A stretch of DNA of 61,916 nt, counting the filler, from Dugesia japonica (taxonomy: Eukaryota), in NCBI GenBank assembly GCA_001938525.1. It is 6 parts of 6 records of this genome, joined end to end, with 100 filler letters (N's around TTAATTAATTAA, not from the genome) between each part and the next. Parts side by side here need not be neighbours in the genome. Positions count along the whole stretch, not along the records: positions 1 to 12,232 come from MQRL01515655.1; 5 more parts are not named here. One strand, given 5' to 3'. Positions within the stretch are counted from its first letter, which is position 1. Every line of letters starts with the position of its first letter. Under the pieces are notes generated by a model. That model was given only the letters and a program-made list of their open reading frames with translations. It did no database searches and had not been told where the DNA came from. Of the stretch, positions 1-10,700 are shown piece by piece. The position numbers and the translations under genes are program-made.

Positions 1-533
1 CTAAAGATGAAATATATTACATGTTCGAGAAACAACATATAGTACCTAAACATTACACAACTCCATATCAAGTTGTAAATTATTATTTAGATAAAAAATT
101 TGTAATCAAGAAACCAAGATCTATAAATGTTACATTATCACAAAAACCTAATGAAATTATTTCATGTGATAAACTTTCAAGAGAAAAGAAAAATTTAATA
201 ATTTTTGATGATGTAGTNNNNNNNNNNNNNNNNNNNNNNNNNNNNNNNNNNNNNNNNNNNNNNNNNNNNNNNNNNNNNNNNNNNNNNNNNNNNNNNNNNN
301 NNNNNNNNNNNNNNNNNNNNNNNNNNNNNNNNNNNNNNNNNNNNNNNNNNNNNNNNNNNNNNNNNNNNNNNNNNNNNNNNNNNNNNNNNNNNNNNNNNNN
401 NNNNNNNNNNNNNNNNNNNNNNNNNNNNNNNNNNNNNNNNNNNNNNNNNNNNNNNNNNNNACACTGGAAAGTTAAATATAATTATTTTTACCTTAACAAA
501 GAGACTGATGAAATTTTAGATGATCTTTTTTAG
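1..533 (+). CDS. A32/FtsK-like packaging ATPase, C-terminal part (5' end outside window, N gap inside)
   Basis: Walker B-like KNLIIFDDV; clearly homologous to the Walker A-containing ORF at 49232-49690 (shared KKPRSINVTLS.KPNEIISCDKLS.EKKNLI.FDD). Confidence 0.85.
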   Translation, partial: KDEIYYMFEKQHIVPKHYTTPYQVVNYYLDKKFVIKKPRSINVTLSQKPNEIISCDKLSREKKNLIIFDDVXXXXXXXXXXXXXXXXXXXXXXXXXXXXXXXXXXXXXXXXXXXXXXXXXXXXXXXXXXXXXXXXXXXXXXXXXXXXXXXXXXHWKVKYNYFYLNKETDEILDDLF

Positions 534-568
534 CGGGTCCCTTCGAGCTGTTGGTCTATTTTAAGATG

Positions 569-1636
569 TTAGTTGGGTGTTAGTTCATGTGCGATATTAT
601 CTAGCGTTGCCCGTTCTGCAGCTATTATATCTTCAATCTCTTTTAAATGTTCTTGAACCTTTTTAAATGATAAATTACTTTTAACAAAATTAGGCCATGT
701 TTCTACTATTTTTGCTAATCTAATTAATCTATTTATATAACTCAATGAATGAGTAATTCCATATCCAGCCAGAAAATTTAAAAGGTCATCACAATATTTT
801 TTCTTATTTTTAACTTCAAATCTTAATTTTAAAACATACAATATTGCACCTAACATTGCATATGAATATAATGTTCCACGCTTAAACATACTTAATTGAT
901 TATCCCATTTTTCATATTCATTCATTAATTTAACTGGGTTTTCTTTTAAAAACATCGCACAATATTCTTTAAAATCTTCTATTTTAAAATCTCTTAATAT
1001 AATAGTGTTATTTACTACACCCTGCTCAGCATGTTCAGCTTTTTCAAAAGAATTAAAAAGTTTCATTCTAAATGGGATTGGGTTACCTCTTGGTAAACAT
1101 TGTGCTCTTATTTCTTTTCCATCTTTAATCATTCTTCTTATCGTATCTTTTTCATTTTTACCAATTGGTGGGGCTTCACCTTCTCCTAAGACGAGCTCCG
1201 CTTTTGGTTGAAGTTGCACATATTTAGGTGTATCAAATTCTTCTAAACTTGGTAATTCTTTAAATGTATTTCTTTTTAAATATTTTAAATGTTCAGGTTT
1301 ATTAATTAATACTAAATTTTCTGTTTCTTCAGGGGGAATGTTGAATGTAACATTTTGACATTCAAACTTATCACCAACACTTTGTATCCCTTCTGTCTCA
1401 TGTTTCATTTGTATACATTCTGATTCTGAAAATAAATATTCACCGTCCAGCGAAGCGATATCATTTAAAGTCTCAGCATCTGAATGTACGGAGTGTACGG
1501 AGTCATCTTCACTTTCTAAACTAATTAAATTATCAAGTGTTATTATTAAATCTTTTAATTCTTTTTTTAACTTTTCACCATTTTTAATTTTAGATATTAA
1601 ATGTTCAATTTTATCTATTACATCTAACATATCCAT
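569..1636 (-). CDS. Polinton hypothetical protein, 355 aa (acidic N-half, helical C-terminal domain)
   Basis: Long intact ORF inside element A; no firm family assignment. Confidence 0.65.
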   Translation of the reverse strand: MDMLDVIDKIEHLISKIKNGEKLKKELKDLIITLDNLISLESEDDSVHSVHSDAETLNDIASLDGEYLFSESECIQMKHETEGIQSVGDKFECQNVTFNIPPEETENLVLINKPEHLKYLKRNTFKELPSLEEFDTPKYVQLQPKAELVLGEGEAPPIGKNEKDTIRRMIKDGKEIRAQCLPRGNPIPFRMKLFNSFEKAEHAEQGVVNNTIILRDFKIEDFKEYCAMFLKENPVKLMNEYEKWDNQLSMFKRGTLYSYAMLGAILYVLKLRFEVKNKKKYCDDLLNFLAGYGITHSLSYINRLIRLAKIVETWPNFVKSNLSFKKVQEHLKEIEDIIAAERATLDNIAHELTPN

Positions 1637-1695
1637 AGCGATTTCTTAAATAAAAAATTTGATCATAAAGACGCGCGCGTCTCAGTTCTCAGTTC

Positions 1696-2282
1696 TCAAG
1701 GTATGCCAAGCTTCGCCCGCATCTCATTTATAACTTTAGTTTGATTTTCTATTATCAATTTAAAATTTTCAGTTTTCTGTTTTTTATTTCCAGAAATTAA
1801 TTCATGTACTTCATTTACCATGTTCTTACTAATATTTAATTCTTCATCAGTTAAAATTTCATCATGTACAGCTTTCTCCTGAAATANNNNNNNNNNNNNN
1901 NNNNNNNNNNNNNNNNNNNNNNNNNNNNNNNNNNNNNNNNNNNNTTAATTAAAGATGAATTTAATGCTCCAATAATAGGCAGAACCGAAATTGCACCCGT
2001 AATACAAGAAACACCAATCGCAGCGATAGCCGCGCCAACTGGTGAGATAAATATTATTCCAGCAATTCCAATTCCTGCACTAAAAACTATTTGTGTATAT
2101 TTTATAGTTGAATCTATTCTGTTCCATCTTCTATGTATTTTCTTATAATGTTTTATTTTATCTTTTATAAAGTACAGATCATTTTCAAAATCTCTTATTC
2201 TAGATAATGACAGTTTATTTTTTAAATCTAAAATAGTATATTCATCATGTAAGCTTGGATATAACTTTTTTTCATCTTCCAT
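1696..2282 (-). CDS. Polinton conserved membrane protein (PW/GasderminX-like); frame changes near the N gap
   Basis: N-terminal LYPSL, coiled coil (KIKHYKKIHRRW), long Gly/Ala-rich hydrophobic segment; a family-like C-terminus (KAVHDEILTDEELNI) continues in another frame towards ~1696. Confidence 0.65.
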
Positions 2283-2291
2283 TTTATCATG

Positions 2292-5113
2292 TTAAAATTT
2301 AAGATTTTTTAATTTAATTCTAATTTCACTAATAGAAATACCTTTTGGTAATGTTAATGAGAAAAAAGTGCTTTTATGATTATTATCAAAAGAAAATTTT
2401 TAGTTTCAGTATCATAATCATTCATTGTTGATGAAGGCTCATTATCAAATGATTGTGTAATATTATTAATTTTATATCTAAAATTATCAATTTCAGAATG
2501 TCCACGAACATAATAATACATATTAGTAGAAATAAATGTATTTAAAGAAATAACAAATGGTTCTTCAAGATAAAAATATTTTTCATCATCTATAATTTTC
2601 ATTTTACCTTTTCTTGTAAAATCTAAATTCTTTACATGTTCATTATTAACAGAATAATGTGGAAGATTATTTGTTGCATTATTATCTATATGAAGTCGTA
2701 ATATGTAACTTTTGAAATAATTCTTTTCTAAATGGGGTAACCAATTATCAATTAAATGTTTTAAATTTTTAAGTGTTGAATCTTCACCATTATATTCTTT
2801 TATTAAAATGTCAATTCTATCAATAAAAATTTTATAGAGTTTTGGTTTTATTCTTTCATATTCTTTTAATATTGCTTCGGGAACTTTAAACGCAAGTAAT
2901 TTAACATTTAAATTCATTAAAAAAATTCCTTTTGGTAAAATTATTTGTATAAAATTTATATTACTAACATTTAAAATTNNNNNNNNNNNNCGATAAATTT
3001 TCATAAGATTATCATCAGGTTTAGCAAATAAAAATGATACTGCAAAATGATTAATTTTAATGATATAAGTAAATTTTGGAACTTCACAAAAACCATCTAT
3101 AGTTATACTAACTTTTCTGTTTAATTTTGTATATAATGAAATAGTTAAAGATTCTTTAATATTAAAATAATGATCACTAAATGTTGTATGTTTTATACAA
3201 TCTTTTCTAATAAAATCTAAATCATATACATATTTATCTATAACAGTAAATTGAGGAAGAGTATCATTTTTCTTAGTAGGAATTATTGTAAATATTTCTT
3301 CGGAGCTAGTTATATTAGAGTATGGTAAGTAATTATCAATTAAATGTTTTATATTTTTAGTGTCATATGTTTTAGAGAAAATATTAAATTTATCAANNNN
3401 NNNNNNNNNNNNGCTTGATTTTATTTTTTCATATTCTTTACTTAAATCTTCATAAATTTTAATGTTATAAGTTTTAATAATTAAATGTTTTGAATAAATT
3501 TTTTCTGGTAAAATTATTTCAACATAATTTATTTTAGCTTCAGTAGTTTCATGATAAATTACTATTGTTTTAGTGTCGGCTGTAAAATAACATTCTTTTG
3601 ATAATGCTATTTGATTAATTTTAATAATATAAGTAAATCTTTTTTCATGTCGACCTTCTATAAATATACAAATTTTTTCATTTATGTTAACATTTAATTT
3701 AACAGATAATAACACATTACCTTTTCTTTTAAAATCTAAATTGCTAACATATTTTTCATCAATATGAAATTGTGGTAGTGTGTTTTGACATGTAATTGTT
3801 AATATTGATTTGTCATTTGGTATAAAAACATGTGGTAAGTAATTCTCAATTATCTCTTTTAAATTATCAAAATCTTTATTTTTAAATAAAACATTAATTC
3901 TATCAATAAAAATTTTATGCATACTTGGTTTTATTTTTTCATATACATTAGTTAATATATCTTTAATTTCTAATTTATAAAATTTAACACTTACATTTTG
4001 CAAATAAATTTCTTGTGGTAAATTTATCTCAATAAAATTTATATTAACATCTTTATCGATCTCAGTACTTTCTCTTGAAATTTTAAAAATATTATTTGTG
4101 TTTTGTGTTTCGGGTTTAACATATATAAATCTATAATGTAATTTGTTAATTTTAGTGGTATAAAAAAATTTTACTACATCACATTTAACAATTATACTTA
4201 TAATAATTTTTTCATTTATCTTTGTATGTAAAATAATAGATTCTATTTTGTCACCTTTTATTTTAAAATCTAAATTGTGAACATATTTATTATTAATAGA
4301 AAATTGGTTATTGTTAATTAAAAATATATCTTCACCATGATTGTCTACATAAGGTAAATAATTATCAATTATATCTCTTAAACTTTTAAGTGTTTTTTCA
4401 GAAAATGATTCTTTATAAGTTTCAAATAAAATATTAATTCTATCAATAAAAATTTTATGCATGTCCGGTTTTATATTTTCAATTTCATCATGTAATTTAT
4501 CGATATTAGGTTTAAAATTTTCTATGTTAGATTTAATTGTGTTAATATAATTTAAATATTCATCAAATGTTTTCTTTTCTAAATCAAAGGGTAATTTTTT
4601 AATTTTATTATCTAAATCTCGAATCTTAATTATAGACAAACCACTTTCACTTAATTTTTTTAAATTAAAGAATAAATCACTTCTTTTATATGGAAAAAGT
4701 ATATGTTTTATTCTTTTAATATCAGAATCAATATTATCAAATGTTTCATTATTTTTAAAATTTTTAATTTTCTCATTTATATTTTTAATTTCAACATTAT
4801 CCATATTTTTAAGTTCATTAAGTTTAGATTCTAAATAAATTTTATTAGATGAATTAATATCTACTTTCAAAAGTTTTGAAAATATTAATTCATGTTTTTG
4901 TAATTTATCTTCTAATTGTTTAACATATTTTAAATTAACTGCACCATATAAATCTTTAGGATCTTCTGTTATTTTTAAACATATAATTATGTCACCTGTT
5001 TCATTTACATATTTATTATCATTATTCCCATTTGATAATCTAATTCTAGCATCAACACGTTTCATTAATTGTGAATTATTTACTTTATATATACTTTCTC
5101 CAAACTTATTCAT
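2292..5113 (-). CDS. Large fibre/spike-like protein with four ~170-190 aa internal repeats
   Basis: 919-aa ORF; N-terminal MNKFG...YVNETGD...P.D..GAVNLKYV resembles Polinton fibre-type N-termini. A frameshift near 2400 restores a repeat-like end (LTLPKGISISEIRIKL*) with the stop at 2292. Confidence 0.65.
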
Positions 5114-5583
5114 CCTTTTATTATTAGTGAATTATAAAGATTTAACATTTCAGATATTATATGTACGAAGGCCAGCTCCGCGTTATTATCAAAGTCTTGC
5201 CCTTTTTCAAGGGAGTATAAAAAATAAATACATAAGATACCACATATTTTAGTATCGAAATGTTGAACTTGAATTTTATTATATTTCTTTACGATTCTAT
5301 CGAGTCCATCAAAAGGTTTTAAACCAAAAGAGTCAAAATAATAACCTTTGGTGTAAGCGACCCAATGTGTTCCTTTTTGATTTGTATTTTGATAATTAAA
5401 AATGTAATTCTTAGGGATCGCTTGCGATCTCTTTAATTCTTTTAAATTCGGTATCTCATTTTTCATATAAATTTCTAAATCCATTTGTAAAAATTCTGCA
5501 ATTGAATATAAATCAAAATTTGTTGTTGTAGAGATTCCAAATGTTTTTAAGAAATCTAATAAACTAAAATCCGCCTGCGGCAT
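5110..5583 (-). CDS. Adenain-like (adenoviral-type) cysteine maturation protease
   Basis: Catalytic motifs GTHWVAY (His), YFDSFG (Asp) and QVQ...CGILC (Gln/Cys). Confidence 0.92.
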   Translation of the reverse strand: MPQADFSLLDFLKTFGISTTTNFDLYSIAEFLQMDLEIYMKNEIPNLKELKRSQAIPKNYIFNYQNTNQKGTHWVAYTKGYYFDSFGLKPFDGLDRIVKKYNKIQVQHFDTKICGILCIYFLYSLEKGQDFDNNAELAFVHIISEMLNLYNSLIIKG

Positions 5584-5612
5584 TTCTTAAATGTAAAATG
5601 TTAAATGTAACA

Positions 5613-6290
5613 TTAAAGTCTATATTTTCTTAAATGAACTAAAATAGAAATCAATTCTTAGTTAAAATCAATTGTGTTAAAATTTTCATCTACTATGTTA
5701 AATCTTAAACTATCAATGTACTTTGTATTAATTTTAGAATAAATTGTAACNNNNNNNNNNNNNNNNNNNNNNNNNNNNNNNNNNNNNNNNNNNNNNGGAA
5801 ATGAATATAATAAATTAATTTGTTTAGATTCTCCATTTGCGGACTTAACATAATTATCTTTAACAATATTACATGTTAAATTTATCATGTTAATGGGTGA
5901 AATATCAATTTTATTTTCTGAATAATATTTTCCTGGAGGATAAGATTTTACTGAGTACCCGAAAATTTTATGAAAGAAAGATTTATCATCAAAACTTACT
6001 AAGTTTTTATTTTTCATAAAACATTTTGCTGTTGAAGTATCTACAGAGACTACTATTCCATATTTTTCTAATTTAAATGAAATGTCACTTATTTCATATG
6101 ATCCTGGTTCTAAATTATGAGATTTGGTTTCACTAATAAATTTATTATTTAAATTTGTTATGTTAAAAATAATATTGTAACATGTAAAACAAATTAATCC
6201 CAATTCATAATCTGAATCTAATTCTAAAGGAAATTTTAAATCTAATTTTAAATCTTGTTCTTTACCAACTACTAGAAACTGATGACTCAT
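5613..6290 (-). CDS. Minor capsid protein (penton, single jelly-roll); premature TAA at 5658
   Basis: Motifs PLELDSDYELGL, NITNLNNKF, PGSYEISDI, CNIV..NY, IVDEN...IDFN*ELISILVHLR are typical of Polinton minor capsid proteins. Confidence 0.85.
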
Positions 6291-6291
6291 G

Positions 6292-7232
6292 CTATTTCTT
6301 AGATGTAAAATATTTCATTTTATATTTGTCATAAATCTTGTTAGATATTAAACCCATCATCTTTAATTTTTTACATACTTTTTTAATTTCTTCATCAACA
6401 TTATCATGTCCAGATTTTGCTGCTGAAATTAATAATGTTAACTTTTCAAATAAGTTTAAAGGCCCCAGGGCTTCTCCTTCTTTTTGTTCGGAGGTCAGCG
6501 TAGCGCTTTCTTTCTTTTCTTCTTTCTTACCTTTTTTTGATGTGCTTTTTGGTCTACCTCTTTGTTTTGGTGCTATTTTTTCTTTTAAATATTTACAGTA
6601 TTCATCCTTTATTGGATCCTTTACCATTTTTAAATATATTTCTATTAATTTTGTCCCTAAACCGTCATTTAATAATTCATCTTTTCTTCCTAAAATTATA
6701 TCCATTAATCTAACATTATAAGCATGAGTAACTCTTCCTATTGTATAATAACCCGTATCACCTTTTATATAAAAAATAACTCTTCTTTATTCTCTGGAAA
6801 TTTTATTGTTATGAATTTTTTATCGGGTTCTCCTTTTAAAGCAACATTTGTTAAATATATATTTGGTATTGTTGATTCTGTTAATTCATTTTTATTAATT
6901 TCTAAATTCTTAATATTTAATGGTTGAAAATCGTCTTTTCTTAATATTTCTAATAATGTTTGGGGTGGCTCATCTTTTACTTTTTCGGGTATAATTTCAT
7001 CTTGAATTGGTTCGTCTTTAAAAACTAATGATGATTTTAGTTTCGTTGGTGTTGTTGTTAATTCTCTAGTTTTTTCAATTGCTGTAATTGTTGGTTTTTG
7101 GAAAATAGATAAATCACTTTGTAATTCTCTTGAGTCAGTAACATTTCCACAGAAAAAATCATTATATTTATTTTGAGCTTTAAGTAAATTTTTTAATTCT
7201 AAAATTCTTTCATTAACTTCTTTTGTGTTCAT
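6292..7232 (-). CDS. PZ-like conserved Polinton protein, split by a frameshift at the A6 run 6771-6776
   Basis: N-part with L..FQKPTI and C-part with P..LFEKLTLLISAAKSGHDNVDEEI...L...GLI; the downstream frame is open back to the homopolymer. Confidence 0.65.
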
Positions 7233-7261
7233 CTTTGTTCCTTTATGGTTTCGCGTACGCT

Positions 7262-7723
7262 CTATTTATTTAAGTAAGGATTTTTTAGAAAACCATCACC
7301 TTGTTGAATTATTTGGACTCCTTCTTTAAATTTTTTAGTTACATCTTTTAAGTTATCATCTTCAATAATATTTTTTAAATATTTATGTATTGCAGTTCCT
7401 TGATAAGGATTTAAATATATTCTATTTCCTTTGGGAGCGGAGCTCCCTAATTTTGCAGCTTCTCTTGAACTTTTTACGGTACTTGCTATCCCAGATGCGA
7501 TTCCTGCAGTTCTGGCTAAAGCCCCGATAATTGCGGGTATAGCGGCAAGAAAAGCAAAACCGCCTTCTTTCTGTTCGCTTCTGCGGAGCTTAAGTTCGTC
7601 TTTAACTTTCTTACTAATATAATAATTTTTACCATCTATTTTTACAGATTTACATTTCTTTGAATTTATTAATTTTTCTATTTCTTCTTCTGTTGTGTTA
7701 CTCGTTGCACTCGCTTGGCTCAT
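7262..7723 (-). CDS. Putative virion core/membrane-lytic protein with a GG|F processing site and amphipathic helix
   Basis: KEGG|FAFLAAIPAIIGALARTAGIASGIASTVK; lies in the morphogenesis module near the protease. Confidence 0.6.
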   Translation of the reverse strand: MSQASATSNTTEEEIEKLINSKKCKSVKIDGKNYYISKKVKDELKLRRSEQKEGGFAFLAAIPAIIGALARTAGIASGIASTVKSSREAAKLGSSAPKGNRIYLNPYQGTAIHKYLKNIIEDDNLKDVTKKFKEGVQIIQQGDGFLKNPYLNK

Positions 7724-7784
7724 CGCTATTTCTTAATATTATAAATTAAATAAACATGGTAAATTATTTCTCGGTTCAATAATT

Positions 7785-10700
7785 TTATTTATTAAATATA
7801 ANNNNNNNNNNNNNNNNNNNNNNNNNNNNNNNNNNNNNNNNNNNNNNNNNNTCAATAATTTTATTTATTAAATATAATCTTAAATGCCACATTAAACATA
7901 TTAAACATTCATATTCATTACCATGCGGCCATGTTCTACTATCATTATCTTCTATAATTCTCTTATCACTGTATCCTGTTAATGCAATCTTTTTTTGTTC
8001 AACTAATTTAATATTATGACAATCTGATTTTAATGAATAATTTGTTCCATAAATTATTTTACTTGCATCTTTTAAAACCGCATCAAATTCTTGCATTCCA
8101 ATTTCATTAAAAGATTGAACACCTTTATGTTTTTTATTTAATTTTATTTGTCCTTTATGGGACGCTGCGCCTATACTTCCTCTTTCTTCATACTCATAAG
8201 CATATGATTTTGGTTTTATAAAATCACATTTAAGTATTTCAGAATTAGGCATTTCNTCNTTCATCTGAAATAAATCATTTCCTGTTAATCTATTTAATTT
8301 TTCTAAATTATCTCTACCAATTATCTCAACAAATACAGAATCGGTGTCACTATAATGAATTTTATAATTATTTTGTCCGACTTCTGGTTCTAATTGGTTA
8401 TATACAAAATTATACATNNNNNNNNNNNNNNNNNNNNNNNNNNNNNNNNNNNNNNNNNNNNNNNNNNNNNNNNNNNNNNNNNNNNNNNNNNNNNNNNNNN
8501 NNNNNNNNNNNNNNNNNNNNNNNNNNNNNNNNNNNNNNNNNNNNNNNNNNNNNNNNNNNNNNNNNNNNNNNNNNNNNNNTATCAGTTCCTACAATAAACA
8601 CGTTACATCTATTTCTTATATTCTCTAAAGTTTTTCCGTAAAATGAATTATTCGTATCTTTAAAGAAAGTTACTCCAAATTCATCTCCATTTCTTTTTGC
8701 TATATTTCTTTGTTCAATATTAAAAAGTATATAATCTCTTAACCATGGAATTGTTGGCATTTTATATTTCATATGAATCTTTTTTAATATCATTCCTTGT
8801 TGTAAATATAAATCTAATGTTGATCCAAGTATAATATAATTTTTCTTATGTAATTGATTCATTGTTAATTTAATATTTTTATTTGATAATTTTTTATTAA
8901 ATGATTTTTGATAATTACTTAACTTGTCATTTGTAATAAGTATTCTGTCAGGTGCAAGTGGAAAATATTTAGTTCTATCATGAATCTCTCTGGGATAATC
9001 GATATCAACTTCATATAAATAATTCATTTCTGGCGTTGCTGGTTCATATATCAACCCTGAGGGACCCAACTCTTCACACTTGATAAATTCACCTGTTGGT
9101 AATGGTTTTGTCATACATGATGCATATAAAGAATTTGCATCAAGATATTTTATAAATACATCTTCAAAATATTCAGGTGGTATATTTTTTCCTTCATTTA
9201 ACATTTTGAGGAGATCTTCTTTTTGTGCTGAATTTATTTTTCTATAATTTGAATTTTTAGTATTATCATATGCAAAAACTTGTCTTTCACCTTCTTCTCC
9301 TGAATATCCTCCCCTAACTCCGCGTTCAAATTTTAAAAATGTATCATATATTTCTGGTTTTGCATATTTCAATTTAATTTTTGTAAATCTCATTCCAGCT
9401 TGTCATGTTAAACCAGATGCTGTATACCAATAACTTGGATCTATTTTTTAATGGATTAAACAAATCTTTCTAAAATTTTCTACATAATCTGAAAGGATTA
9501 AAACATCTAGTTTCATATAATGTAACATGTATTTCCAAAGATTTCCCAAGTTGTGAAAGTCATTTAAAAATTCTTGATAATCATTATCAGATATTCCTTT
9601 TTGTCTTAGTCTGCTAAAGAATTCTTCTTTTGTAGGAATTATGTTAGAGTTTAATAATTTTATAACTTCTTTGGGATTATTTGCTTTAACATAATCATAT
9701 GGAAAACTTGCTTTTTTAGGTCTTAAGTTAAATGATGACAATATGTTATGATTTCCTGATTTAGCTAGTGTTTCACCCATTTTCTCAACTGTAGTTTTAC
9801 ATATTTTTTAAGAATCTAAAAATCTAATATTTTTATATTGAAATGAAATATATTGATCATCAGAATGTGGAATTATTTTTTTTATTTCATCTGGATGTTT
9901 TCTTAATAATTGTTTAAAAAATAAATGATTATCATAACCCATTGCATTGTGGAAATAAAATGGGATGAATAGATTCTTTTTACTTCTATCTTGTAAATTA
10001 CAATTTGAATGTGCATAGCCGCGAAATTCCCCATTAAAATGATTATGATCTAAAACTGGAGCTTCTGTTATTGGTTTTTCACAATAATAACATTCTTGAT
10101 TTGGTATAAATGCGGTATGATTTGTTCCTTTGTATTCGATTTGTAACTTTTTAAAAATAACATCTTTATATTTATTATTAATATCTTCAAGAAATTCTAA
10201 AAAATTATTAACTACATTTTCTCCTGAAAATTCATAATATTTACTTTCTATTAAATCAGTATAATCTGATTTGAAATATACACCAAAACTTATTGGTTCT
10301 TGAATATTATTTTCTTTTGTGTAACATTCAAAATCACCATANNNNNNNNNNNNNNNNNNNNNNNNNNNNNNNNNNNNNNNNNNNNNNNNNNNNNNNNNNN
10401 NNNNNNNNATACAACTTTTGCTGTTTTATGATGAATGCATTCTTCTTGATGTTTTAATAAAACTTCTTTAGATGAATATTGAATCATACAACCTAAACAT
10501 AAATAATTGCCTGGTTTAACATTAAATAAAGTATGAACATTTCTAACTAATACATAATGATTTTCATAAAGTAATAAATTACATTTATTTTCTTCGGGAT
10601 TTGGTTTTACATTAAAATGTGAAATATGAAGTGGTATAATGTTTAATTCATCTAATTCAAAAACATTTATTTTAAAATTATTTAACTTTTCTAATTTCTT

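Noticed and set aside
195-464. ORFs made mostly of X (also 8394, 30211, 30734, 39686)
   Set aside because: Open only because they run through N gaps.
1005-7622. Plus-strand ORFs at 1005, 1864, 4989, 6338, 6724 and 7431
   Set aside because: Antisense shadows of the minus-strand Polinton genes.
9400-9450. TGA at a conserved Trp in pPolB suggesting an alternative genetic code
   Set aside because: A nearby TAA replaces Tyr, element C has TAG at Trp sites, and TGG is used normally; ordinary mutational decay.
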